In this document: positions 43,111 through 56,072 of the stretch, one piece after another
How the letters are laid out: every line of letters begins with the position of its first letter
How positions within the stretch are numbered: position 1 is the first letter of the stretch
DNA from: Amoebophrya sp. A120
Lineage: Eukaryota > Protista > Dinoflagellata
Assembly (NCBI GenBank): GCA_905178155.1
Contig: CAJINV010000001.1
Location: 14,694,142-14,758,141 of the forward strand
DNA length: 64,000 bases
Reading direction: 5' to 3'
Program-made: the position numbers and the translations under genes
The notes under the pieces: generated by a model
Seen by the model: only the letters and a program-made list of their open reading frames with translations
The model's database searches: none
Told to the model about the DNA's origin: nothing

Positions 43111-45046
43111 CTAGTCTCGCACCCGCGGCGTGTGGACCGGGCACAAGACCTTTGCGCGACTCGTTAACGGTATCGTCGGGTGCGTCAGGCCAAGTGCGAA
43201 CGGAATCTCGTAGGATCCGGGCCCGGGCGCCGCGGCGTTGTCGGCGAGGAACTTTTGGTATTCGTTGTCCAACGTTGCCGAAATATTGAACTCCGGCTGG
43301 CGCGGCTTGGTTGGATCGGCCCGCCGCACCGGAAGGTCGTAGTGACCGGGGGCGGGGTTGAGCCAATCGCTGGCCGATCCCTTGGGTAGCTCGGTCCGGG
43401 ATTTCAGCAAAAATCCGGGAAATCGCGGGTGCACAGGATTCGGCTTCACGTCCGGGTAGCCGTAGTAGCCGGGGGGCGGCTTCTTGTTCCACGGCTGCTC
43501 CACGAACTCCGGGAAGCGGTCGCTGGCTTCGAAGCTAGGCGAGATGATGGCCGGCTCCGACGGCCAACGCAGGCGATTCTTGTAGTAATGACCCGGACCG
43601 GGTTCGCCCTCGGACGGCGGATCTGGGTCCGGACGAAGAGCCCTGATATTTTTGCATTTTTTTAAAAATTAATTTACCCATATTTTTTTCTGCATCCAGC
43701 CTCATGTGCTGACAAATTCAACTAAGTAGAACTAGTACTCACACTCAGTAACTTTGTTCACTACAAGCTTGCAATCCATGATGTTACCCGACGGAAAATT
43801 GCGACGGCTTCTTCTGGTGCCCGCCGTGTTTTCTGGAGTAGCCGTACCGAACCGGGGTTGCTGGTCGGTCACAGCTGTCGCGGTAGGTGTCGGGTGCTTT
43901 GCCAGCATTCACGTCGCGCCGACTCCCCAACGACCATTTTGGGGGCATGTCCCACGCAGCGTTCTGGATATCGGAATAGAACACATGCTCCCGTACCCGA
44001 TACCGCGTCTTCTCATTCAGACCGGCACGGTAATTCCTCACGGTCTCTCGCCGCTCGCGCCGCGCGGCGCACATACTGGCGGCCGCGGATTTCGGCCGCG
44101 GGCGGGATATGGTACTGTAGACTGAAGCCGGCCACAGGTGTTGCTTTCGGCTTGGGCAGAACTTGGTTCTTTCCACGATGGACTCGGGGAGCAACGAGGC
44201 GGGGTCGAAGGCGGAAGTTTTCTTCTTTTTCTCTTCCCCCTCCTCCTCGATCGTAGCCGCATTACCCTGTCGGTAATTTCCGTGAAGACTATCGACTGGG
44301 CTGCACTCCTCTTCGTCGCTACTTTTGTTGTAGAAGAGAAACTGTCCGGCGAAGGCGAAACCGTCCGACGAGTAGGTGCAGGAGCTGACGAACCCATTTT
44401 TCGCGGCAAACGTGGATCCTAAAGATGCGTCCTCTATGGAAGAAAAATCTTCCAACACGTCCTGACTGCACTCCGGACTGCTACCCGCAAAGTCGAGTGG
44501 CAGGCGCAAGTTGCGTGCCGGAGTCGCGATGGAATCAGAGTCACCATTTGCCGGGCTGCTCGCACTGTAAACCCAGCTCGCTGCTGTCGACGTCGCGCTA
44601 CCCGGCCTTGTTCCGGCGGAGCCTCCTCCGAAAAATGCGTGTGTGGCTGCCGACGAGGGGCGACTGTATGACTCCGAAACCGAGGGGGCGTCAGTGGTTG
44701 CGGTCGCCGGACGTATTTCCTCAATGAAGCTGTTTTCCTCATCCACAGCCTCCAACAGCGGGTTACTGTTCCTAGCTCGATTGCGCGCTGTAACGCAGCC
44801 TGAGGATCGGCGACCGGAACCAGATATTGGTCTGACGTTGATCGAAGAAGTCGTCCGGGTTACCGGCGCTGAAGACGGTCGCGCGGTTGATGCATGCTCA
44901 CGACGAGAAACTCGTTGGCCTGATCGGGCGAGCTTGTGCTTCAAACGACTTTGTTGCCCTCCTGTCCAAAACACCCGACGAGGGCTCGAGCGTGGGCTTG
45001 GCTCATCGATTGCGCGCATGTCAGGTGCCACGTCGTCGTCCGCCAT
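43111..45046 (-). CDS. PG-rich repeat (SHIPPO/ODF3-like) probable ciliary microtubule-associated protein; exons 45046-43788 and 43642-43111
   Basis: Repeats PGPGHY, PPPGYY, PAPGHY and PGPGSY with PxWS/FS-type spacers (PPKWSLG, PSQFSVG). GT-AG intron 43643-43787 is in frame. Confidence 0.72.
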
Positions 45047-46496
45047 ACCTGTGAACCTATTCGTCCAAGTCAGAACTGACACAGAACACCAGAGGCGCGG
45101 CTCCCTTCTCCTTCTAGTAGTGGAAAGGACGAGAAGACGCTCCTTTTCCGATTCCGTTACTAAAATGGCCACAAAAAATAACTAATCCTCATGCGTGGGG
45201 TCCTGAAGCAGGTACATTATGATCTAGATCTTTTCTTGCTCCAGTTCTCTCCTTACATTGTCACTCACCTGCGATTCTGTACTAGAAGATTTAATGAAAC
45301 GCTCCTGTGACATCTCTCGACAAGCCGCCAAGTTTTCGCTCGTGCTCGACTATGTTGCTACTTGCCATACCAGGGTCTTCGTCTGGTGGTGCTACTGAAT
45401 TCGACCGATTGGACATTGAGTTTGAGAAAAACGCATGTGAATCTCATAAGCTTGTGCATACCATATTATGCTCCAGCATCGATCACAAGTTTATCGCGCT
45501 TCACAAGAGATCCTCACCGAAATCGAGACAAGAAGTGGCCACCAGACATCACGCGCCGACCGACTTCTGCAAGGTGCAACGATCAAAACTCGAAACCTCA
45601 CGACCGAAAACATCTCATGCGCGACTCGATTTAGACAACAACCACGCTTGATCCGGGAACTAAACATGGCGCAGAGAAAGAGGACGGAACTGGAACCGAT
45701 ACTGCACCCCCGAGTCGAGTCCCAACACCCAAAATAACGACACAAATACACGAAGACATGCGGGAAGAAGCGATGAATCAAACGCGGCGTGCATTGGCGC
45801 AAGGCGCAAAGTTCAAACTTATCGTCTTCCCTGATATCGTATGTAAGTACAGGAGGCAAAGCATTCATTTTCATTCGTTATGGAATCACCGCGATTGCTA
45901 TGGCTCTCCTCGTAGTAAACGCAGTAGATGCTAGATGTTCATGTGTTAGAAATCATAATTTTTCATCCAACCCGTAGCACTGTGATCGCTAGTGTCCCAC
46001 ATTGCCACCAAAAAAGGAAACTTTTTAGAAAGGAATCATCATTAAGTGGTCTTAGAGTAGGACATTAGATGAAAAAAGTAAAAGCTTTAGTATCATCAAT
46101 AGAACAATACGGACTTTTCCATCGTCTACGAAACAGTTGTTTTACAAACGCACTCGACGAAAGCAGTGGCGCTGCCCTTATTTACAGCCGAGCAGAATCC
46201 TAGTGAATTAGAACAGCTTCTGCTCTGCTAAAACCTCAGGTCTTACGACACCAGTACAGAACCAACAGGATACGAGAAGCGCTTCTTCTTTGCAGGCCCC
46301 AAAGAACCGCACGTATGGTCAAGAGTATTGTATAAGCACAATCTTCGCTAAATAAAAATGAATCATGATTCTATAGCAAAAATCGTAAACATTCTAGAAA
46401 CTGTGCAGCGTGTCAGCGGTCGGGGCCTTTATGTGATCTGCGGTCGTAGTTGCTCACCTTCTCGTTCTCCGTCCTAGAAATCACAACTCGAGCCGC

Positions 46497-47436
46497 TTAC
46501 TGCGCACCCGGCATGCCGATACCCTGGAACAGAGCGCCACCAGCTCCGCCCTGGAACTTGGCCATCTCCTGCTGCATCTTTGCCTGAAGGATTTGATTTC
46601 TCAATTTAAATTCTTATCGCTGCCAAAGATAGCTGTAAAAATTTCCCCATCATCTACATCTGCAGAGCACACCGTTTGGAAAAGTTTTACGTTGCAATCG
46701 TGTACCTGCATCTCCTGCTGCTTCTTCTCCATCTCAAACTGCTGCTTTTGCATTTCTTCTTCAGCCTTCTTCTGCTGGTACTCCATGGACAGCTGCATGG
46801 CCTGCTGCTCCAACGCAGCCTTCTGCTGCGCGGCCTGCTGCTGCAGAGCCATCAGCTGCTCCATGCGCTGCTGGTCCAGGGCCATCTCCTGCTGCTTCAC
46901 TTCCATGTCGATCTGCATGATAAACTGCTTCTTCTGCTGGTCGGCCTGGCCCAACAGGTATTCCTTCTGGTGCTTCACCTGGGCTTCCAAAACCTGAGTG
47001 CCCTGCTTCACCTGCTCGTCCAACATCTTCATGTACGCGTCCTTCTGCTTGGAGATGGTGCTCTGTTTTGGAAATTTAAACCAACGCTTCTTGAAAAAAG
47101 CCCCACTCAGTGACACATTTCTAAAAAAATGTCGTTTTATTTCGGAACGAGTATAGAACGGCAAGCAAAGGCACACGCACAGGAGGTCTGTCCTCTTACT
47201 TTGGTCTTGGATTTAACAAAGCCATAATAAACGGATAAACACGACAAATGAGGCCGCGCTTGTTTTTGTTTCCCTTCACTTCTTGTTTTCTAGTGTGTAC
47301 TTCTTGTTCTTTAGTTTTACATTTTTATTATTATTTTGCAAAAAAATCCGAAGATGAGGCCATAGTATACCGGGTCCGGCATACCGGCAGTCAAGGACTG
47401 CGGGGGCATCATCATCTGCGGAATTCCGGCGGACAT
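46497..47436 (-). CDS. Gln-rich coiled-coil protein (dinoflagellate-type LTAGMPDP...QKxAY family); exons 47436-47371, 47062-46706, 46583-46497; 169 aa
   Basis: Strong codon bias (CAG/GAG/ATG). In-frame GT-AG joins give MSAGIPQMMMPPQSLTAGMPDPSTISKQKDAYMKMLDEQ...AALEQQAMQLSMEYQQKK. Family assignment is from memory. Confidence 0.85.
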
Positions 47437-48042
47437 TCTGCTGGTTGTGAGCGAACAAGTTCAACTTATGAAGAAGCTGTGGCCTAAAAAGTATAGAAAT
47501 TCGTGAAGATGATTTAGATTCCTCGATTATTTTAGAACCCGCAGACTCAAAAGTTCTACCATTTCTATACGTTCATCTCAGCACAACAAGGGACGGGAAT
47601 GGCAATGGATTTGGGTATGCACCTCGCTAACAGAAACTGACGCAAACGCCACAGACAACTCAGACTTAGACACAATTGCGCCACAACTTTCCATACGTAA
47701 TAAGTTCTCCGTCGCATTTTGTCACACTTCCACTGCCCACTCGTCTTTATTTCTGCCTGTGCTAGTAGAACAAGCCTCGCAAACGGGTACGCGAACACAC
47801 ACATGCAGCGCAACTCGCCACAATAACAAACTCGACTCAATGTCAATTTCCTCTGTTTTTAAATTCCTGCATGAAGATGCTGTTCTAAATTACGCGAAAC
47901 ATGATGGCTATCTTGATCTAAACCTTGATATTTGCGAAACCATAAGATAATTTTATATTCAGGCCTTTAAATTCCGACTCCCGAGGGATGATCGAGAGTC
48001 TGCAAAAAGACACGAACCGCGAGGGTTTTTCCCCGATGGATT

Positions 48043-50452
48043 TCAGCCGTCATCGGTCGGTGTCTGGGGTTCTTCAGGGAAGAAAGTTGTCGTGCGCAAA
48101 ATGGTCGGCTGCATTTTGTCCAAGTCCAGGCGCATCTGGATCACGCCTTTGCGCAGCTGGCGCAGCAAGACTTCTTTCTGTTCTTCTCTCCGCAACTTCA
48201 CCTCCCGCTCTTCGTTTAAGCGCCGCTGTTCGTTTTTACTCTTCACAGAAACAGATCGAGTTGTGCCCATCTTCGACTGATTTCCCACCTTCGCTTTGTT
48301 CCGCATGCTCAAGGGCTGCGTCGCAGTGAAAGCGTTGCGGTGTTTCGTTGCAGCGTGACCCTCCACGTCCCCGCCAACCACAGGGCCCGAGGATGCGGAG
48401 GAGTCAAATGGTTCAAAGCCGGCCTCGCGGTGCATTCGGCTCCTTGGTGATAGCGGTTGGTCGAAGACCGTGGCCGCACCTCCGCGATTCGTAAAGTTCT
48501 GCGCTTCGTTTCGAGTGACGAATTCTCGCCTCCACTCGTGTGCCATATTTAACGGCTGTTTCGGTGGTGGGTTTTCATAGATGGAAAATCTTGGAGGACC
48601 GAGAAAATCATAGATTTTTTGATCATCGTCCAAATGTTCAAACGCGCATGGACCATTTCAGGACAAGCGCCCACGTCGTCCTCTGGGGACAGTGTCCTGC
48701 GTGGCCCGTGTTTGCAATCACCGCGACCTGACAATTATCCGAGATCATGTCTAGAACGACTTACACTAGTACTTCTACTTGCACTTATACCACTGTTCTA
48801 TAATTCAAATTTATCGCTTGGACTATAATAATTTCCTGCTGACATCTCAAGATTTTCCCGACATAATCCGGGCGAGCGTTCCTGCGCATGGCAGCTGCAC
48901 GAACTTTCGGCGGCAGCTGCCTCGGGTCTACACGTTCCGCGTACTGTTTCGAGCTCCTCCCAAAGCCGTCAGCACTCGAAGAGGAACCGCCGGCCGCAGT
49001 TTTCGCCCTTTCACGCCCTTGTTGGCCCGTGGACGCCGAAGCGTCATTTGAGAAAGCTCCGCCGAGAAGAGGCTGCACACTACTCGGCATGATCTTCTTC
49101 ACTTCGCTTCGTTCCTGCCCGACTGCGGCAGACAGGTAATTTCGCCCTGTGCCGCCTAGTGCTCCTATGCAAGTCCTCGCTTCTTTCAGGCCTTCTTCTG
49201 TGCTTTGCTCACGGGCTGCATCTCCAGCACCTGCCGCCACGGTCGAAGAGGAATTCATGCCGAGACTTTCGACCTTGTCCCGTACCTCTTGCTCGCGGAT
49301 CTGTGCGCGCACGCGAGGCGGAATCTTCTGTTTCTTCTTCTCCTCGTGAAGTTTTGATTGAGGGAGCTCAATCTGCAGCCAGTGCCAACAGAGCTTCACA
49401 ATGAGCTGGCCCACAAACTCGTCCATCTCAATGCGGATGATAAAGCGCGTCAACTCGAACGCCTGTTGTTGTTCAAGCACAAATGAAAGCACTCAATTCT
49501 CCAAGAAATAAGATCTTCATGCGTTTTTATTTCTCCGTTTATTTCTTCTTCGCTACTACTTCATCTGGGCACGGAACGACTGTTGTACCTTGAGCAGAGC
49601 GAGTTTGCTGAACTCCCAGCGGTCGGTGAGGATTTTCTGGTGTTGCAGCGTGAACGGCGAAGATTTCGGAACATCGACGTTCTGCTCTTGTTCGTCCAGG
49701 TCATCCATTGCTGGGTCATCCACTTCCACCTCATATCCAGCAGCTACATTGGAACCTGCAACCGCGGGGAACAGGTGCGTCTTGCTGTTTTTTGGAGCAG
49801 CAGCGAAAGCGCTAGAACTGCTGGCATCTTCAGCGCGCGTCCCTCCGCTGATCAGGTTCGTGTTGTTCCCTGGAACCTTCAAAATGGTTGCGCGTGATGA
49901 AGGAGCTGGGGCCGCATGTTCTGCACCTTCCGGATAATTTTTAGCAGCGATACCTCCTGGCGGTACAGGTACCGCTCTCGGCGGCCTAAGTGCGGTCGCG
50001 GAGAGTTTTTCACTTTTCTTCCCAGGTGTAGCTGCGAAAGAAACGGCCTTTGACGCCCCGGCGGAGGCCCCACTGCTGCTGCTGCGGCCTCTGTCTTTCC
50101 CACCACCCCCGTCTGAAAAGTTAGACGACGATCGCCGTTTTTTCGGCGATCCCACGCCAGTTTTCCACATTTCGACGTCGAGACCGGCCTCCAGCAGGCG
50201 CCGCAGCGACACGTAGGTAAAGCTGTCGAGGGGCTCGCCAGCCAGAGATCCCCAGGTCACATCCATGGCGGTATCGCCCGGCGGTCGGGTGGTTGTTTCC
50301 AGTTTTAGCATCCAGTCCGGCTCGGGGCGAATCAAACGAATTTGGTACGTGCTGGTGGGGTCGCTGGTGTAGCAGCGAAGCTTCACCTGCTGGATGGAAA
50401 TAGTAGCGTTCATCTTTTCAATGTCTGTTGAGATTGATAGTTCACCCGGCAA
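48043..50452 (-). CDS. Hypothetical multi-exon protein
   Basis: Three consecutive minus-strand ORFs (49556-50452, 48785-49492, 48043-48633) with protein-like composition. Junctions and start are not resolved. Confidence 0.55.
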
Positions 50453-51382
50453 GATGATGACCGCTACCGTCCAAAGAAGATTTTTGGGACTGCTCTTGGA
50501 ACTGTACTAGAACGGGACTGCGTTTTGTATCCGGCGACAGGGATTGCGTGCTCCCGGACACACTAACGAGTTAGTAGGAATATCGGGCACGGGGAGTGTA
50601 CTTGGGAGCAGGCGAGGCACGTTTCGCTTCTTTCGGGGGATTCAAATGCAGAAGAAGAAGAACTCCACATGTCCTCCTCGACCATTCGTGTCAGGCATCC
50701 ATCAGGCGGACCCGGCCGCGAAGACACCGGACCCGACATCTACTTTGAAAATGAATATGAAAGTTTATTGCACCAACATACATGGACGTACCTCGCCTGC
50801 TACTGTACTGCACTAGTCGTAGACGTAGTGCTAGAGTGTTGGAATCTTTACAAGTAAAACCTACCTCGTCTCTCGTGAACGCAAACGAAACACTTCGCAT
50901 ATGGGTCTCATGTGGAAAAAACTCTGGGTACTTCCCCTTTCTCACCCTGTCAGGCTCAGGAACGCGGCCGCCTCTTTGCACTACAACAATCGTTCGTCGA
51001 ACATGATCGTGGGGAACTAGATTGCGAACTCGGCGGAGATTGATCATCTCGGACAGCCTCGCCGTCGCTTGTTGTTTTGGGTGAAAGCGTGAGTCGTTTT
51101 TCAACAAAAAAACCGTAGTTGCGATCCGTACCATCTCTGGTGGATCTCTTCGCACAAGTTGTCGCCAGATGACACCGCGTAGAAGTAGAAGTACCACGCG
51201 GTCGTGAAATAATTGCTCTTGTACACGAAAACATACAACAAAGAACTCGCAAATGATCGGTGGATGGGAAGAAGAAGCGCGCCATAGCAGGCGCTCCTGC
51301 TGTTAAACTACTACTACATAGTGGTCGTGCCTTCCCCCTCTTCTTCAGTTCCTTCGTCTTTTTTCACATCCGATCGAAGTCC

Positions 51383-52165
51383 TCATGCGTCGTTGTCGTT
51401 GGCCTGCTTTTCTTCGAGCTCCTTTGCGGCCTCCCGCTGTCGCTGCCTTCTGAGGACGCCGTAGTTGTGACACCTGGCGATATTCACCTCGGTAGTGACG
51501 ATCTGGTCCCGCACAAACCGCGCATCCTCAATGACGATTTCCTGCTGCTCCTTCGCACTCTTCAGGTTTTTCGTCAGCATCTCCTCCGCCTCGTCCAAAG
51601 TATACTCCAACATGCAGTTTGCGCCTGGGGTAAGAGATAAAGGAAAATTTTTCTCTAAGTCAAGTCAGAGGAACAGGAGGCGGAGTGAACCAATCTATCT
51701 ATCGTGTTGAAACAGAAACACCACAAAGCAAAACCTCGAAAAAAACATAGTGTTGCTGTTGGTACCGATCCATAGCAAGATGTTGCCCTTGTGCACCGGT
51801 ACGTCGGCGTTTACCCAGATGTTTTCCGCGAGTTGGTACTTGACCTCCATGGGGTCGCTCGCTTGCCGCTTCTTGTCTTGCAGAAACTGCACCAGATCCA
51901 AACTCGCCTCGATGTCCGGAATTTTTCCCTTCAGCGACTGCTTTTGACTCAGCAGCCCGGATTCGGAGTACTTGTACTTCGCGTGCAGGTCCTGCAACGA
52001 GCCCACGACGTCCTTGTCTTCGCGGTCTCCGACGAACTGCTCGACGTTATCCAGAAATTTCGCCTCCGGCATTGACCGGTGAAACTCGCCGCTCGTCAGC
52101 TCCTCCTGGGTCACCGGAGGGGCGGCCGCAGTCGGCTCCATTGCGGTTGTTGCTGCGGGGGCCAT
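51383..52165 (-). CDS. PFDN3: Prefoldin subunit 3 (VBP1); exons 52165-51766 and 51624-51383; 213 aa
   Basis: MPEAKF, KYKYSE, KIPDIE, LWIG|ANCMLEYTLDEAEEML, RDQIVTTEVNIARCHNY. GT-AG intron 51625-51765. Confidence 0.94.
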
Positions 52166-53213
52166 GGCGAAATATCGGTATTCGTTTTGCTTTCAAGATT
52201 GGTGTTGGCACTACGCGAAACAGTATTGAACAATCTGCGTGCTGTCGCGCGATAGATTCTTGGCTACTTGTTACGTCACGGAGTTCTAGCGGGCGAAGTG
52301 AAAATGAAGATCATCTGAAGAACCATTTCTATTTCTCTTTCGTTCTTGTCATCTTCACGTTCAATAAAGTGCTGCCGGTACGAATGTCACACGTCGTATT
52401 CTACGAGTTCCTGGTGTATTTTCAGATGTATTCGGTCAGTTGTACTTGCCTAGCACCTCAGCGTAGCGCAGCTACTACTCTTAGTACGCTTCTCATTATC
52501 AATTGAATCTCTATACTCCTGCGGCTCCAGGCCAACCTGAGCGCTTGTTGTCTTGGCGTGAAGCATCTCCTCAAGGTTGGCGATGCGGTAGAGAGAAAGA
52601 CCGCCGTGGCTTTTCAAGTTTATTGGTTGATGATTGAAGATGATCCCGGTGAAATCCATGATTTATCGTTTCTCTTTGTTTCTGGACGTCGACGTCAGGA
52701 TCCAACTCATAACTTCAATCTTTCTTCGCGAGGGGGACTTGAACGTGCCATGAATTTTCGTACACGAAGCCAGCAGGCAGGTGCAAGGTTTCTCCTAGTG
52801 ATTTAGATCTACTGAGATTGCTCAGAATTTTTGGAAGTTTTGGAAAGGGCTCGCCCGTTCGCAAGTTCCGCACTTCTCCTGATGGTGCAGCACCAGCAAA
52901 CCGCCAATACTGCCTCACCAGATGTCTACACCGGTCAGCTCTTGACATGTGAGATCAGTAGAACGGCACGCAGGCGCGAGGGCCGTCCGTCGAGCTGGTC
53001 TTCTTACATTATGTTTTTTCTGTTTCGCGTTGCCAGCCTCTCCTTCGAGCAGCTGTTATTTCAGTAACAAGTCATTGAGGAAAGGTCGCTCTGTGTCATT
53101 TATTTGGTTTTGGGGTCGTTCTACATGAATTCAGACAGTCCCTTGTTTACTGTGGTTCTCGAGTCGTACGTTACGATGATCTTGCGTGGCAAACAAAAGG
53201 TCTCCTGCTAGCT

Positions 53214-54989
53214 TCACCCGGCATCCATGCGCACCGTCGCGGGCGTTCCAAACACGCGAATTTTTCCGTCGCTCCCGCCGCAAACGAGGGAGTTCTCGTT
53301 TTGGAAGGCCAGGGACAGCATGTTGTTCTTCCACATGATGTCGTCGTCCGGCACGATCCGCAGCTGGCACTCCCCGTCCACCAACTCCCAGACAAAGATC
53401 TTTCCGTCCTCGCTGCCGCTGTACACGTACGCATCATTTGGGTCGAGAATGCTCTGGATCTGGAACTCGTTGTTTCTATGGCCCTCGTACCGTTGCAACT
53501 CCTCCCCGGTGTCCTTCTCGAACAGGTAGATGCGGTGGTACAGACTGGACGTCAGGATGCACTGCGCGTCGCCACTGTAGCTGACCCGGGACAACGGGTC
53601 GCCCACCGGGTCCACATGGACCAGTCCCGCCCGCAGCTCGTAGCGGCGGAGGCGGCCGTCCAGCGAGGCGGACACGAACTCCGCGCCCAGCTCGACGTTG
53701 GAACTCGCGTAGACGGGCGGCACCGCGAGGTCCGTGATGGTGTCCTTGGCGTCCGCCAGGGTCTGGATGGCCCCGCGGCCGGCCCGCGCGTCCCACAGCT
53801 TCACGCACCCGTCCTGACTCCCGGTCAGTAAAAGCTGCGACTCGCGCCCGAGCAGCTTGCAGACGGTGAGGCGCTTGTCGTGCCCCTGGAACTTCCGGAT
53901 CACTTTCTTTTCCGTCACGTCCACGGCCACGGCGTGCTTGTCGGACCCCGCCGCGTAGAATGTCGAGCTGTCGTCGGTCACGGCAACGGACACCACCTCC
54001 TCGCGCTGCAGTTCGTCGTACTTGGCGATCGCAATCCCGGAGGCCGGGTTCCACAGTCGCACGGTGCGGTCCGCGGCCCCGGACAGGAGGTAGGTTTTGG
54101 TCTTGTTCCACTCCAGGGCGTACACCGCCCCCTTGTGCCCCTGCAGGGTTCGCTGGAGGATGCAGGGGATTTTGTCGTCCACCACCTCCTCTTCCTCCTC
54201 CTCCTCCCCAAGGTCCTTTTTGTTCTGCTCAAAGATGTTGCGTTCCACCTCGGCCAGCATGCGCAGATTGTCCACGTTTGGGTCGTCTTCTCCTATTCGG
54301 GAAGTTCTATCGCCATCGAGGTAGCTGACGGTAACTTCTCGCGAAGCAGCGCTGCCAGCCTCGTCTTGTTGTGCAACGAACTGCGGAGGTAACTTGCTCG
54401 TACTGGACGTAGAACCTCCACCGACGCCTGATTTTGTGCTACCTTGTTGTTGAAAAAGACTTGTCTGAGCTTGGCGGGGTGGTGCGAGCGGTGACGTTGC
54501 TGGTGACCTTCCTCGTTTTCTTTCATCACCATCTTCTTCACCCGACCGCTGCGGATCTCGCTGTAGATGTTGATCCCTGCTGCGATACTTGGCAAGAGCA
54601 CGCGGATCATCATCTTCCTGATCCTGGAACCAATGGGCATCACGTTCGCGGCGCCGCTTTTGTTCTTCCGCATCGTGGTCATTGTAGCTGCGTCTGTTGT
54701 ATGATCTCTCCCCCGCGCGTTCCGATCGTTCGCGATCGTGGTATCGATCTTGATGAACTACATGGTCTTCTTCTGGTTCATCTTCTCGATAATTCTCTAC
54801 TACCCGACGAGAACCTCCGCGTCGTCGAGAATCGTGATCCCGTCGCGAGCGGTGGTGGTCCGGACGCCGCTGGTCGCGCTCATCTTCACCATGTCGGGGC
54901 CGTCGCCGCTCGTAGTCAGGTCCATCCCGGTCAGAGTCTTGGTGCCTGTGGTCTCTGTTCGACGCCCTCGTTCGCGGACCCAGGTGCAT
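53214..54989 (-). CDS. WDR83: WDR83/MORG1-like WD40 protein with a long Arg/Asp/Glu-rich N-terminal extension
   Basis: LQGHKGAV...YLLSGAADRTVRLWNP, KFQGH, VKLWDAR...IQTLADAKD, SLDGRLRRYELRAG, LQRYEGH, SGSEDGKIFVWEL match the WDR83 pattern. First ATG at 54989. Confidence 0.85.
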   Translation of the reverse strand: MHLGPRTRASNRDHRHQDSDRDGPDYERRRPRHGEDERDQRRPDHHRSRRDHDSRRRGGSRRVVENYREDEPEEDHVVHQDRYHDRERSERAGERSYNRRSYNDHDAEEQKRRRERDAHWFQDQEDDDPRALAKYRSRDQHLQRDPQRSGEEDGDERKRGRSPATSPLAPPRQAQTSLFQQQGSTKSGVGGGSTSSTSKLPPQFVAQQDEAGSAASREVTVSYLDGDRTSRIGEDDPNVDNLRMLAEVERNIFEQNKKDLGEEEEEEEVVDDKIPCILQRTLQGHKGAVYALEWNKTKTYLLSGAADRTVRLWNPASGIAIAKYDELQREEVVSVAVTDDSSTFYAAGSDKHAVAVDVTEKKVIRKFQGHDKRLTVCKLLGRESQLLLTGSQDGCVKLWDARAGRGAIQTLADAKDTITDLAVPPVYASSNVELGAEFVSASLDGRLRRYELRAGLVHVDPVGDPLSRVSYSGDAQCILTSSLYHRIYLFEKDTGEELQRYEGHRNNEFQIQSILDPNDAYVYSGSEDGKIFVWELVDGECQLRIVPDDDIMWKNNMLSLAFQNENSLVCGGSDGKIRVFGTPATVRMDAG

Positions 54990-56072
54990 GATTTTATTAT
55001 CTGTCACCGGTTAGGGAAATGAGTACAGCTACAGGTACCTACTGGATAATCTAGTACTGTACTAGCAAAGGATGAACTGGGGCACTAATAGGGAAAAAGA
55101 AATAATAGAGATACATCGTATAATAAAGATAGAAGGAGCGTCCTAAGGCTGTTTGCAGGAGAGTGTCCGCGTTCTTGTACGCCAACACTACCATTATAAT
55201 GTTATCGTAATGGGAACTAAGAACGCCATGCGCATGCGTAGGATCCACTCTCTGTGGAGGAGCGAACGGAGTGGGCTTTCAAATCTAGTACTCGATAGAA
55301 AATGATCAGAATGTCGCGTAAACCATGTAGTCCATGCCTGGATTGATGAAAGATGAAACGGTCGCACTCTCAAATCTTCATATGTTTATGCTTATGAATT
55401 ATCAACGTGAGCGGGCGCGGGGAAGATGAAAGCAAAGAAGAGAGTGAGCATGTACTATGAAACTTCACTGATCTGCCTTTGTGGATCGTAATCGTATACC
55501 AGAGAAAAAGAAAAACTATGTGAGCATGTCCGGTGATCCCGACATTCCGGAAATAGATCTGGCGGATCAATGACAATAGCGACCTGTCTCGTCTCGACAT
55601 CATGCTGGATGCGAGTACTGTAGGCGCGGGTAGTTATTCGGCAGCCAGGTATTGCAAATCGTATTCCAGCAGCACTTGCATACAGAAGGTTAGAAGGACA
55701 CGGCGAAGGGCAACACTTTCCAGCCACTTGTTTTCGAGGTGGCGGGAGGTAAGGATATCCACTGTTCTGCAGAAGATGTTAAACCTACGTACACATAGTA
55801 GACGTAGTGGCTTCATGCGTAAAATTAGATCTGAAAAAGAAAAGAATCATACTAGACCAAAAGCTAGAAAAACTAGCACTTTTAGAAATACACGATCTAC
55901 CGGCTAAATCTTTTGACGCGCTTGAAAACTTAAGTCTTTTTTTATTTTCGCAGACGGAATGATAAAACACGAAACAAGGAAAGCTCCTAAGTAAACACGC
56001 TTCTTGTCTTAAGAAGAAAGGCAGCACTTCGTCTTAAGTGGTAGAGCGAAAAAACACCAAACCCAAACTTTT

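Noticed and set aside
45307-45977. Several 60-130 aa ORFs in the intergenic gap
   Set aside because: No motifs, no codon bias and no consistent exon chain.
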